NCBI GenBank assembly: GCA_035285545.1
Contig: JAYKGY010000123.1
Location: 1 to 51,307, forward strand
DNA from: Snowella sp.
GTDB lineage: Bacteria; Cyanobacteriota; Cyanobacteriia; Cyanobacteriales; Microcystaceae
Reading direction: 5' to 3'
Length of the DNA stretch: 51,307 nt
Both the position numbers and the translations under genes were made by a program. The notes beneath the pieces are model-generated. The model searched no databases. It was not told where the DNA came from and worked only from the letters and a program-made list of their open reading frames with translations. Shown here one piece after another: positions 10,914-20,224 of this stretch (positions are counted from its first letter, which is position 1; every line of letters begins with the position of its first letter).

Positions 10914-13900
10914 TTAATCATCGACTAAAGACGAAACATCTAGCAAGACTTCTCCCGCCATTAATCGTTGGGAGGCTTCTAATAGGGCATCTTCAATATA
11001 AGGCTTCACGAAATACCCTTTTGCACCTTTTTCTGCCGCTAACCGTTGCATTTTTTGGGCCCCGCGTGAGGTAATCATGGCAATGGGAATTTTAGACAGA
11101 TTGGGATCTTCTTGAAGACGGTCTAAAAGCTCTAAACCGTTCATACGTGGCATTTCGATATCGCACAAAATTAGATCACAAAGTAGGCCAGAGCGTAATT
11201 TCTCCCACGCATCCTGCCCATCCCTGGCCACTTCAGGAATATAGCCCGCTTTTCGATAGGTGAGGGATAACATTTCCCTGACCATGACCGAATCATCGAT
11301 AATCAACACCTTAGGCGTAATATCGGCATCATCTAAAATCGGCGGCGAAGTTTGACCAGGAATCGTTTGTTTGGCTTGATTTTGTTTGAAGCGGGAAATA
11401 AAGGAGTGGGGTTGTTTAACACTTCCCTGAAGTAGAATTTCTCCTTGGATCATGCGTTTCGCCGCATCCAGAATGTCTTTTTCCGTATAGGGTTTGGTGA
11501 AATAACCACTGGCTCCCAGTTTTGCAGCAACCTTACGATGACGGTCTGCTCCCCGTGAAGTTAAGAGGGCGACGGGAATATTGGCAAATTGTTGATCGTT
11601 TTGGAGGTGGGAAAGGAACTCTAACCCATTCATCCGAGGCATTTCAATGTCGCAGAAAACGAGATCACAAGGTAACCCTGACCGAAGTTTTTCCCAAGCT
11701 TCTTGCCCATCCCTCGCTTGTTCGACCCGATATCCCGCTTTACTGAAACTCAAGGAGAGTAACTCCCGTACCGTGATTGAGTCATCGACGATCAAGACAG
11801 TGGGTTCGAGTTGGAGATCGTTGGTTGTCGGCAGAATGGTTTTACGCCAGAGGCTACTACCCGTATCAGTTCGCATCCGACCGTGGGCAATTTCAATTAA
11901 CTCAATGGCATCCCCAATGGGCATGATACTTCCATCCCCGCGAACGGTTGCCCCTGCAATGCCAGGCGGTTTGGGAACGGGGCCTTCAATCTGTTTGATC
12001 ACGATTTCTTCTTCGCCGAGTACCTGATCCACCTGGATGGCTAGGAGATTGCTTCCCCCCCGCAAAATGATAATGGAGACTAAATCATCTTCGGGTTGAC
12101 CGCCATAGACATTGCCTCGGCTTAATTGACGGTTATAGCTCAGTAAGTCTTCTAAGCGATAAATGGGGAGGAAAGTGCTATTCCACGAAATACCCGTTTG
12201 CCCCTCTTCATTGGTGATAATATCGCTGGGTAGGTAATCTTTGGTATCTTCGACCCCATCCATTGGGAAGGCAATACGGGCGCGATCGCTGAGACAACAG
12301 AGGGCTTTACAAATACTGAGGGTGAGAGGAAGCCGAATATTAAAGGTTGTCCCTTGCCCTAGCGTGGAATCGATCATTACCGATCCGCGAATATCCATCA
12401 AACTGGTACGGACTACATCTAAGCCCACGCCGCGACCGGCAAAATCATCAGCTTGATCCTTTGTGGTAAACCCCGCATTAAATAGCAAATCATAAACTTC
12501 TTGTTCTGTGAGCAAGTTCGCATCTAACTGACTCATTAATCCCTTTTCCACGGCCTTGCGTTTGACTTTTTCGGGATCAATCCCTGCCCCATCGTCCGAT
12601 ACCGTAATCAGGGTTTGGTTCCCTTGTAAAAAAGCGCGAATACTGATGGTTCCTTCGGGGGGTTTCCCTTTTTGGCGGCGGACTTCAGGCAATTCAATTC
12701 CGTGGGTAATGGCGTTATTGACCAGGTGGGTCATGGGATTATAAAGATGTTCCAAAATCATCTTGTCAATTAAGACATCCCGACCTTCTACTTGCAGTTT
12801 GACCTGTTTATTCAATTTCATTGAGACTTCTCGTACCGCACGGGGGAGGCGATCCGCTGTTTGGGCAAAGGCGACCATTCGAGATTGGGTCATTCCTTCT
12901 TGCAGTTGGGTGGTAACCTGTCGTAGCGATCGCGCCACTTGTTCCGTTTCATCCACCAGATATTGAATATCCGATGCCGATTCCCTGACCCGCACAATCA
13001 GTTCAATCATTTCCTGGGAGAGCAAATGGAATCCCGTAAACCGATCCATCTCTAACGCATCTAAACCGTCATTACTATTGCCCGAATAGGTAGTATAGGC
13101 TCCCGAATAGGTGGTTTTGGCATTAACTCGCTCCGGTGCGCGACTGGCTAATAAGGCTCCTTCTAATAGGGTTCGTTCATAGAGATCCTGCATCCGTCCT
13201 CCCACATCACTGAGGTTTTGGGATTGGGTCAGCAGATTATCCAAAAATTGGCGCAGACGTTCTTGATCTTGCTCTAGGCGATTTCGTTTAACCACCAGTT
13301 CCCCAATTAAATTACTGAGGTTATCCAGTTGTTTTACCGGAACCCGCATGGTTTGTTCAAAGCTTTTCGCCTTAACCGGACGACTACGGGGTTGTAATCT
13401 TTGTCCCCCGACTGCCACCATCGTTGGTGGGCCCCCCATCGTGCGATCCGCTTGTTCTAGCAAAGCCTCTAAATCTTTAAATTCATCTTCCGTTTCCGAA
13501 GAACTAAAGGCCACAATCGGCAGGGGAGCGGTTGATGAAGATTTAATTGGTTCAGCTACCCGACAGGGCGCGTCAATGAGAGCTTCTAGGGCTTCAACAT
13601 TGAGCTTTGTCAGGTTGGGTAAACTTGGTGGTTGTTCCAACAAATTGTCGAGTTGCTCAAAATTCTCATAGAAGAAGACGGATGGGGTCAAGCCTTCGTT
13701 GATGATCGATCCAGCCCCATTGCCTTTGGCGCGATCGCTGGTACTGTCAATAACGGGAATTTTTTCTCGATTAAAGTTTTGGGATAAGCTTTCAAACGGA
13801 TTAACTCTGGCGGTAACGGGTTGGGCTGCTTCTTCCGTAAAACCGCCCCCCAACAGATCCCGTAAATCCGCTAAATCATCTTGGCTCCCATCAGCGGCTA

Positions 13901-14348
13901 AATCGGCAGTAATCGAATGATGCTCACCCGCATCCCCCTCATCAAATAACGTATCAATCTGAAATAGTGAATCTTCTGGCGCAGCAGAAAGGGATGGAAT
14001 GGCAAGATCTGATGGCTCAACCGAGACCTGATCAAAATCTAACCAACTGGCAGTTTCGTAGGGATTGAGTTCCGATTCTTCCAGATCCGAACTTTCCTCA
14101 AATAGAGCTTCGAGTTCAGCATTAGACGAATCTAAAGAGAGGGTCATTCGTTGCGGCCCTTGAGACGATAGGGGAGCTACGGGCCCATCTTCGGGAAAAT
14201 CCTCATCAAAAAGATTGACCAACTCATCTAAGCCACTATCGCCATTAGACTCAGCATCCTCTGACTCTAAATCCTTAAGAAGTCCGTCAATATCATCGTC
14301 AAACCAGTTATCCGTGTCCTGGTTTTGTCCTTGGTCATGACTCATCAT
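10914..14348 (-). CDS. CheA-like hybrid kinase lacking Hpt (PilL-C/Hik43 type): acidic linker, dimerization, HATPase, CheW and two receiver domains
   Basis: MRVPVKQLDNL, HLVNNAITHG, DDGAGI, GFTT, GRGVGLDVV, two CDIEMPRMNG receivers. The position between era and alpha-mannosidase matches the Synechocystis arrangement as I recall it. Confidence 0.9.
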   Translation of the reverse strand: MMSHDQGQNQDTDNWFDDDIDGLLKDLESEDAESNGDSGLDELVNLFDEDFPEDGPVAPLSSQGPQRMTLSLDSSNAELEALFEESSDLEESELNPYETASWLDFDQVSVEPSDLAIPSLSAAPEDSLFQIDTLFDEGDAGEHHSITADLAADGSQDDLADLRDLLGGGFTEEAAQPVTARVNPFESLSQNFNREKIPVIDSTSDRAKGNGAGSIINEGLTPSVFFYENFEQLDNLLEQPPSLPNLTKLNVEALEALIDAPCRVAEPIKSSSTAPLPIVAFSSSETEDEFKDLEALLEQADRTMGGPPTMVAVGGQRLQPRSRPVKAKSFEQTMRVPVKQLDNLSNLIGELVVKRNRLEQDQERLRQFLDNLLTQSQNLSDVGGRMQDLYERTLLEGALLASRAPERVNAKTTYSGAYTTYSGNSNDGLDALEMDRFTGFHLLSQEMIELIVRVRESASDIQYLVDETEQVARSLRQVTTQLQEGMTQSRMVAFAQTADRLPRAVREVSMKLNKQVKLQVEGRDVLIDKMILEHLYNPMTHLVNNAITHGIELPEVRRQKGKPPEGTISIRAFLQGNQTLITVSDDGAGIDPEKVKRKAVEKGLMSQLDANLLTEQEVYDLLFNAGFTTKDQADDFAGRGVGLDVVRTSLMDIRGSVMIDSTLGQGTTFNIRLPLTLSICKALCCLSDRARIAFPMDGVEDTKDYLPSDIITNEEGQTGISWNSTFLPIYRLEDLLSYNRQLSRGNVYGGQPEDDLVSIIILRGGSNLLAIQVDQVLGEEEIVIKQIEGPVPKPPGIAGATVRGDGSIMPIGDAIELIEIAHGRMRTDTGSSLWRKTILPTTNDLQLEPTVLIVDDSITVRELLSLSFSKAGYRVEQARDGQEAWEKLRSGLPCDLVFCDIEMPRMNGLEFLSHLQNDQQFANIPVALLTSRGADRHRKVAAKLGASGYFTKPYTEKDILDAAKRMIQGEILLQGSVKQPHSFISRFKQNQAKQTIPGQTSPPILDDADITPKVLIIDDSVMVREMLSLTYRKAGYIPEVARDGQDAWEKLRSGLLCDLILCDIEMPRMNGLELLDRLQEDPNLSKIPIAMITSRGAQKMQRLAAEKGAKGYFVKPYIEDALLEASQRLMAGEVLLDVSSLVDD

Positions 14349-14478
14349 GTCTTCTGCCTGCCACGTTGAGGAGGGTAAGTGCTGGTTTTGCAGCCGCTAA
14401 CGCTCATGGATTCAATGTACCCAAGATTACTGCAAAAATTACTGTTTATGTCAATATTTTATAGAGATTAAAGACCAT

Positions 14479-15426
14479 TTACTCATCCAATCGGTAACCG
14501 AATTCTGACAATTGTTGGCGGGATTGTCGCCATTGGGGTTCAACTTTGACAAATAATTTTAAAAATACGTCGCCGGCTATTAATTTTTGGATTTGTTCAC
14601 GGGCGGCTGTGCCAATTTCTTTTAACATGGTGCCCTGTTTGCCGATTAAGATTCCTTTTTGAGAGGTTCGTTCAACGGTAATGGCAGCATAGACACGGGT
14701 TAAGGTTGGGGTTTCTTCCACTTTTTCAATGGCGATCGCGACGGAATGGGGAATCTCTTGACGGGTTTTTAACAAAATTTGCTCCCGAATCAACTCGCCC
14801 ATAATAAAGCGTTCGGGTTGATCGGTGACTAAATCGGGGGGATAGTAATAGGGGCCGTCTTCCAGGCATTCTAAAATTAGGCTTTGTAATTGATCCAATC
14901 CTTCACCCGTTAAGGCCGAAAATTTCACCACTGGCCAAGTTTTCTCTAAGGCAAGGGCGTGATAGGTACGGTCTAAGGCTTCTGCTTCCTGTTCATTCTC
15001 AGGCTGTTGATCAATTTTATTGAAGCCAAAAATAATGGGGGTTTCCGTTTTATCCAATAACTCCACCACATAGCGATCGCCGCCCCCTGCGGGTAAGGAA
15101 CTATCAATAATAAACAGCAGCACATCAACGGAATTGATCGCACTCCGAGCATTTTTGACCAAGACTTTGCCCAATTCATGGTGGGGTTTATGAATCCCAG
15201 GCGTATCTACAAAAATCATCTGGGCCTGCTCGGTGGTGAGAATGCCCTGAAGTCGATTACGGGTCGTTTGGGAAACAGGCGAGGTAATGGCAATTTTTTG
15301 ACCCACCAATTGATTCATCAAGGTCGATTTACCCACATTGGTTCGTCCTACAATGCCGATAAAGCCGGATTTAAAGCCTGCTGGGGCAATAGGTATTGTT
15401 GCGTAATTGTCTAATAGCTCATTCAT
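14479..15426 (-). CDS. era: GTPase Era
   Basis: GRTNVGKST, QTTR, DTPG, NKID, KH domain with GILIGKQG. Confidence 0.97.
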   Translation of the reverse strand: MNELLDNYATIPIAPAGFKSGFIGIVGRTNVGKSTLMNQLVGQKIAITSPVSQTTRNRLQGILTTEQAQMIFVDTPGIHKPHHELGKVLVKNARSAINSVDVLLFIIDSSLPAGGGDRYVVELLDKTETPIIFGFNKIDQQPENEQEAEALDRTYHALALEKTWPVVKFSALTGEGLDQLQSLILECLEDGPYYYPPDLVTDQPERFIMGELIREQILLKTRQEIPHSVAIAIEKVEETPTLTRVYAAITVERTSQKGILIGKQGTMLKEIGTAAREQIQKLIAGDVFLKLFVKVEPQWRQSRQQLSEFGYRLDE

Positions 15427-16549
15427 TCGATTCCACCATGACTTCTAAAACGTATTCTCCCTGATTCACTGCCTCATTAATGCCCACATCCCAAATAAAT
15501 CCATTATGTTCAGAAAAAATGTCTTTCACTGTCGGTAACTCTCCCGTTTTGTTAAAGCTCAGGATCTGGTAGAGGCGATCGCCGACTTTGACCGGATGCT
15601 TTAAAGGTAAACGATTTTGAACCATGCCGCCCGTGGGTGCATAGTAGGGTTGCATCTGTTGTTTCGGAAAAAATTGAGTGAGTTGCGTAACAGGAGGAGT
15701 TGGCAAATTCACCACGTTTTTATAAGTTAAATAACGTTTAATTGCGTTGACTCCCCGTTGAACTGAGGCCGGATTCATCTCCATTCCTGACCCTAGCTCT
15801 AAGGTATACGCTTCCACGTCAAAACAAACGAATTTTCCCAGAAACATCAGGGCTTTTTCTAAGGCTAACCAAGGTTTAATAAACGCTTCGTCAAAGGCAT
15901 CCCCATCATATTGGGTCATCAAAATTCCATAATCCAATCCAAAAGCAGAGCCGCTTTCTTCTCTGCTGGCAACACAATAGAGATAATCTAAACAACGATT
16001 ACTAGAGCTATGAATATCGATAATGTAATTCGCATCTAAGCAAAGGCTTTGTAATTGATAGCGATATTGCTCTCGAAAAGGAACACTCGCGGCTGAATCA
16101 ATTTTCTCCTTTTGTTTTTGAAAAGCTTGTTGGATTTTGGCTAAAAAGTTTTGTCGAGTTTCAGTGTCATTTAACTGGAGTTGAGACTGGGCAAATTGCG
16201 CTAAATCTAGACATTCTTTTTCATAATCCCAAAAAATGCGATTCCAATTAATGCCGTCATAGCTATTAAATCGACCTGTAGAAAAGAAATGACTTCGTTG
16301 ATTGGTTGCTAAGGGATTACAGGCAGGAACTAACCAAATTTCCCCGACTAATTGTGCTGGATCTAATTGAGATAAGTCTTGGATTAATTGGTGAATAACT
16401 GCGTTACCGACAATTTCAGCCCCATGTAAATTGGATTGAATATAAACTTTTTTTCCCGCCGTTGAGCCTTTGAATTGATAAATTTGTAAGGCCAAATCAT
16501 CTCCTGAAGCAAGTTTTAGGAGGTTTTGAGTAATAATGGTTGGCTGCAT
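15419..16549 (-). CDS. Succinylglutamate desuccinylase / aspartoacylase (M14) family protein
   Basis: LHGAE, NWNR, IDIHS and TLELG motifs plus a C-terminal biotinyl-like domain. Overlaps the era start. Confidence 0.85.
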   Translation of the reverse strand: MQPTIITQNLLKLASGDDLALQIYQFKGSTAGKKVYIQSNLHGAEIVGNAVIHQLIQDLSQLDPAQLVGEIWLVPACNPLATNQRSHFFSTGRFNSYDGINWNRIFWDYEKECLDLAQFAQSQLQLNDTETRQNFLAKIQQAFQKQKEKIDSAASVPFREQYRYQLQSLCLDANYIIDIHSSSNRCLDYLYCVASREESGSAFGLDYGILMTQYDGDAFDEAFIKPWLALEKALMFLGKFVCFDVEAYTLELGSGMEMNPASVQRGVNAIKRYLTYKNVVNLPTPPVTQLTQFFPKQQMQPYYAPTGGMVQNRLPLKHPVKVGDRLYQILSFNKTGELPTVKDIFSEHNGFIWDVGINEAVNQGEYVLEVMVESNE

Positions 16550-16561
16550 AACATTTTTAAC

Positions 16562-16679
16562 ACCAAATTTGATAGAAAAAATTGCATTTAGTTAATCCCC
16601 CCTAGCCCCCCTTTCAAAGGGGGGCTAGGGGGGATAATATCGAGGATTTTATCTGCACTTTAATCAAATTAATTTGGTC
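16562..16679. repeat. MITE-like element with central perfect palindrome
   Basis: 16595-16635 reads ATCCCCCCTAGCCCCCCTTT-C-AAAGGGGGGCTAGGGGGGAT (20-bp arms). Outer imperfect inverted repeats are ACCAAATTTGAT ... ATCAAATTAATTTGGT. Confidence 0.65.
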
Positions 16680-16711
16680 TTATCTTACGTTTAACAAGCT
16701 TTATCGATCAT

Positions 16712-17665
16712 TTAACTCGCAGTTTCTAAAAAATTTGGGGTGTACTTGCGGACTAGCTCACAAAAATGGGCAATGGGGGGAATATTGAGGCGATCGCTGG
16801 TGGTGACCAAAACGACTTGACGAGTAAAACCCCGTTTAAACTTGGGAGCCAAGGAGGTTGTGGCCAATTCTGGCAAATCGGCAATGGAACGCACCGCTAA
16901 ACTGGGGTCATGGCGGGCTTCGAGTAGGGCAGTTTGAGGTAAAAGGGCAATAATTTCTCCTTGACGAACCACGCCGCGAAAGGCATCTAGGGTATTTAAT
17001 TCCATGACCACTTTCAGGGAAATATCCTGATGGGAAAACCATTCTTGTACCAATCGTTGCATCCCATAGCCATCTTTAAAAACAACTTGGGGATAATTGA
17101 CTAACGCTGACCAGGGCACTTTGGGATATTGGGTCAGGGGATGATTGGCCGCCATGAGAATTTCAATCTGTTCTTCGTAGAGCAGTTCTACCGCCATATC
17201 GGGACTAGAGGTTAAAAAGCGGTTATTCATCACCACTGCCACATCCACCAGCCCATCCCGTAACACCTTAAGGGCGCGATCGCTGCCTAGAGCCGTAACC
17301 CGCAGTTGCACCTGAGGAAAGTCTTGGCAAAAGCGTTGTAAAACCGGCGGTAAGTAATGGGAACAAACCGAATGAATGGCCGCAACACAAAGTTCAGGTT
17401 GCTTTCCTGCTTGCAAATCGGCAATTTCTTGACTAGCGAGGCTCCACTCCTGACAGATTTTACGAGCGCGGGGCAATAATTTTTCTCCGGCAACGGTTAA
17501 CTTGGCGTGGGCTGTCCGATGAAATAAAGGAAATCCCAAATCACTTTCCAGGGATTGAATTTGTCGGCTTACCGTTGATTGGGTAATACCACATTTGCGG
17601 GCCGCTTGCCCAAAATTTCCGCTTTCTGCGACCGCCAAAAAAGCTTGCAATTGCTCAATCCGCAT
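16712..17665 (-). CDS. ntcB: LysR-family nitrogen assimilation regulator NtcB
   Basis: LysR HTH (MRIEQLQAFLAVAE...TQSTVSRQI), GKQPELCVAAIHS and LGSDRALKVL recognised from cyanobacterial NtcB, plus an upstream NtcA box. Confidence 0.85.
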   Translation of the reverse strand: MRIEQLQAFLAVAESGNFGQAARKCGITQSTVSRQIQSLESDLGFPLFHRTAHAKLTVAGEKLLPRARKICQEWSLASQEIADLQAGKQPELCVAAIHSVCSHYLPPVLQRFCQDFPQVQLRVTALGSDRALKVLRDGLVDVAVVMNNRFLTSSPDMAVELLYEEQIEILMAANHPLTQYPKVPWSALVNYPQVVFKDGYGMQRLVQEWFSHQDISLKVVMELNTLDAFRGVVRQGEIIALLPQTALLEARHDPSLAVRSIADLPELATTSLAPKFKRGFTRQVVLVTTSDRLNIPPIAHFCELVRKYTPNFLETAS

Positions 17666-17705
17666 GGATAATGATAATTCGATTACATTATTTCATTAAG
17701 TTTTG

Positions 17706-17747
17706 ACGATAGCGGATTTCTCGAAAGGTTTTAGTAGAGATTGATAC
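17706..17747 (-). promoter_or_regulatory. NtcA-activated promoter of ntcB
   Basis: On the minus strand, GTATCAATCTCTAC (GTA-N8-TAC, 17734-17747) is followed after exactly 22 nt by TATCGT (TAN3T, 17706-17711). Confidence 0.8.
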
Positions 17748-17901
17748 AGGATCTCTGAAAATTTTTCGCTAGGCAATAATTTCTGAAAAGCTCAGGATTG
17801 ATTTTTTCATTTTTGTGATTGTCTTTTAGGACAACAGCGATCGCGTCAGGTTCGTGATATGTTAACTTTTATAAAGTTTTGTGTTAATTAGGGCAGTAGC
17901 A

Positions 17902-18372
17902 ATGAACTTAGAGATACCTGAATCCATTAAGGTTTGGTCACAGTTTGGACATCCGATTATTATGTGGGGTTTATTCGGTCTATCGCTGTATGCCATGTAT
18001 TTAGGCTTTCAATCCCGTAAGATTCGCACGGCAGATAAGGATGAACGCAAAGATCTCATTAAAAAAGATGTCCGTACTAAGCATTATCTTTTAGGTTCTC
18101 TGCTACTTGCTTTCATGATAGTGGGAAATATTGGCGGGATGGCGGTTACCTATATTAACAACGGAAAACTCTTTGTTGGCCCTCATCTATTAGTTGGTTT
18201 GGCAATGACCAGTCTAATCGCGATCGCGGCTGCATTATCTCCCCTCATGCAAAAAGGCAATGAATTAGCCCGTTACACCCATATAACTTTAAATATTATC
18301 ATTATCGGCTTATTTGGCTGGCAAGCTGTCACTGGAATGGATATTGTTCAACGCATTGTGAGTAAATTGTAA
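17902..18372 (+). CDS. DUF4079 family membrane protein
   Basis: HPIIMW, H..LGSLLL, GPHLLVGL and HITLN conserved His in four TM helices. Likely ATG at 17902. Confidence 0.8.
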   Translation: MNLEIPESIKVWSQFGHPIIMWGLFGLSLYAMYLGFQSRKIRTADKDERKDLIKKDVRTKHYLLGSLLLAFMIVGNIGGMAVTYINNGKLFVGPHLLVGLAMTSLIAIAAALSPLMQKGNELARYTHITLNIIIIGLFGWQAVTGMDIVQRIVSKL

Positions 18373-18410
18373 AAATTATTTTCGTATTTCAATAGGGTTT
18401 CAGCGAATTT

Positions 18411-18485
18411 TCATTTTAAGACGTATCGTCTAATCGCTTTTAGGATGTCTTTTAAATCGGCTTCTATGATGATGGGGTTTGCCAT
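18411..18485 (-). pseudogene. Truncated/frameshifted remnant of the small coiled-coil paralog family
   Basis: Translates MANPIIIEADLKDILKAIRRYVLK*, versus MANPVIIETDLKDILDK in the 19034-19321 gene. The conserved leader is intact at 18486-18547. Confidence 0.8.
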
Positions 18486-18590
18486 CCCGTAGATTCCTTT
18501 AGCCGTTGATTGAAGAGATAGGTTGGCTGCTTATTTTGTCTATTTTATTGGGATTAAACGCGATCGCGCTGTATGGTAATGATCGCCATG

Positions 18591-18926
18591 TTAAGGATTA
18601 GGAAAAAACGTAATTTTGCCAAGAATACCCAATAATCCCCCAACTAAAGCAAAGAGAACACCGATTAGCCAACCTGTTAAGCCATTAACTCGACCTTCAA
18701 CAATATCTAAGCGTTTATCAATACCGGATACTTTTTCATCAAGGGTAGCAATTTGTCCTGATAATCTTTCGTCAAGGGCAGCAATTTGTCCTGATAATCG
18801 TTCTTCGGTTCGTGCCTGATTTATTTTAATTTCAGTTAATGTATCATTAACCCTAGCAAGTTGGCTTGATTGGGCTGTAATTAAGTCTTTTAATTCTTTA
18901 AGGTCGGTATCGGTGACGGTTGCCAT
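18591..18926 (-). CDS. Small coiled-coil protein with C-terminal TM anchor (array paralog 1)
   Basis: TDTDLKELKDLI N-terminus, 11-aa repeat, TM helix, FFPNP end, AAAGGA RBS. Confidence 0.85.
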   Translation of the reverse strand: MATVTDTDLKELKDLITAQSSQLARVNDTLTEIKINQARTEERLSGQIAALDERLSGQIATLDEKVSGIDKRLDIVEGRVNGLTGWLIGVLFALVGGLLGILGKITFFPNP

Positions 18927-19033
18927 AAGTTATCTTTCCTTTAGTTTTTGTTTGAAGGGATAAGTTGGCTTATTTTTTCTATTTTATAGAATAATCTATC
19001 GCGATCGCGGGTTGACATTGGATGAGCGAAGGT

Positions 19034-19321
19034 TTAGGGATTCGGGAAAAATCCAAATTTTACAACGGCGGTAATAGTGGCTCCGATGACGGTGATAATT
19101 AGTGCCCATATCTGGGAACGTTGGGAATTTTCAAGATTTTCAACTCGTTTATCTAAACCGTCAAGTCTAGCTTCTATTCTGGGTAAAGCTTCTAATTTTT
19201 GTTCAATACGGTTAAACCTATCATCCATACGGTCGAACCTATCATCCATACGCTCTAACCGCTTGTCTATTTTATCGAGGATGTCTTTTAAATCGGTTTC
19301 GATGATAACGGGGTTTGCCAT
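19034..19321 (-). CDS. Small coiled-coil protein with C-terminal TM anchor (array paralog 2)
   Basis: IETDLKDIL N-terminus, RMDDRF heptad repeats, QIWALII TM, KFGFFPNP end. Confidence 0.85.
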   Translation of the reverse strand: MANPVIIETDLKDILDKIDKRLERMDDRFDRMDDRFNRIEQKLEALPRIEARLDGLDKRVENLENSQRSQIWALIITVIGATITAVVKFGFFPNP

Positions 19322-19417
19322 GATGTAGATTCCTTTAGCCGTTAATTGAAGGGATAAATTGGCTGCTTATTTTTTCTATTTTATCGGGTAATTTATCGGA
19401 GTTAGACGCGCTTACTC

Positions 19418-19516
19418 ATTATTTCAGAGATTATTGGTGATGGGTAATTGTTGAATGTATGAAAAATAAAGCAAAAAAGCACGTTAAATAACGTCCCCTA
19501 CAAGATCGGCGATCGC
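19418..19516. repeat. ~100-bp array repeat A, copy 1 (REP-like hairpin plus HIP1)
   Basis: ATTATTTCAGAGATTATTGG...GAAAAATAAAGCAAAAA..CACGTTAAATAACGTCCCCTACAAGATCGGCGATCGC, a direct repeat of 20126-20224 and 20983-21081. Confidence 0.9.
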
Positions 19517-19579
19517 CCTTATCTTAGCTATACTCTAAACTGGTTATAATTGCTAATAACGGCTCTAGGGACAAGAAAG

Positions 19580-19801
19580 ATGAAAACGACGAATGACTAC
19601 ACAATTATTCTACGTCCTGATGATAACGGAACCTTTGTTGCCCATATTCCAGCAATTAAGGGATGTCATGCTTGGGGAGAAACTCCTGAACAGGCACGGG
19701 AAGAACTTAATCATGTTTTTGAAATGATTTGTGAAGAATACCTCGAAGTAGGACAATCCTTACCCAATGATGTGGAATTGACAATTGCCCATGCCTGCTA
19801 A
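19580..19801 (+). CDS. hicB: HicB-family antitoxin (short form, no DNA-binding domain)
   Basis: YTIILRPDDNGTFVAHIPAIKGCHAWGETPEQA partial RNase H fold signature. ATG at 19580. Confidence 0.88.
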   Translation: MKTTNDYTIILRPDDNGTFVAHIPAIKGCHAWGETPEQAREELNHVFEMICEEYLEVGQSLPNDVELTIAHAC

Positions 19802-20003
19802 AGCGAAAACGTTAGAGAAAGTGGCCAAAAAGTTGGGTTTTCAGAAGACTCGTCAAAAGGGCAGTCATGCTCGCTGGCAGCATCCCGACGGTCGTTCTAC
19901 GACTATTCCTATTCACGGAAATGCTGAAATTGGGGGTTGGTTATTTCGAGAAATCCTCGATCAACTCGGAATTACAGAGGGGCAATTTAATCAGCTTAAA
20001 TAA
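19791..20003 (+). CDS. hicA: HicA-family mRNase toxin
   Basis: LGF..RQKGSH catalytic His motif, HPDGRSTTIPIHG. Overlaps the hicB stop. Confidence 0.92.
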   Translation: MPAKAKTLEKVAKKLGFQKTRQKGSHARWQHPDGRSTTIPIHGNAEIGGWLFREILDQLGITEGQFNQLK

Positions 20004-20125
20004 TTCTTGAGACTTAACCGACAGGATCTCCCTGATCTTTATTTGTTCCAAAGAATATTTTTATTCAAACAATTAAGACGTATTACGGATCATTAATGTA
20101 TCCTGCGACGATCAAGATTGCACTA

Positions 20126-20224
20126 ATTATTTCAGAGATTATTGGCGATGATTAATTGTAGAATGTGTGAAAAATAAAGCAAAAAGGCACGTTAAATAAC
20201 GTACCCTACAAGATCGGCGATCGC
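20126..20224. repeat. ~100-bp array repeat A, copy 2
   Basis: Direct repeat ending at HIP1 20217-20224. It supplies the last codons and stop of the 20192-20506 ORF. Confidence 0.9.

Noticed and set aside
11522..13920. Several small plus-strand ORFs within the CheA-like gene
   Set aside because: Antisense shadows of a well-supported long CDS. The same applies to the other short nested ORFs in the track.
18616..19328. Antisense ORFs 18616-18819 and 19077-19328
   Set aside because: Shadows of the coiled-coil genes, whose leaders and RBS are on the minus strand.
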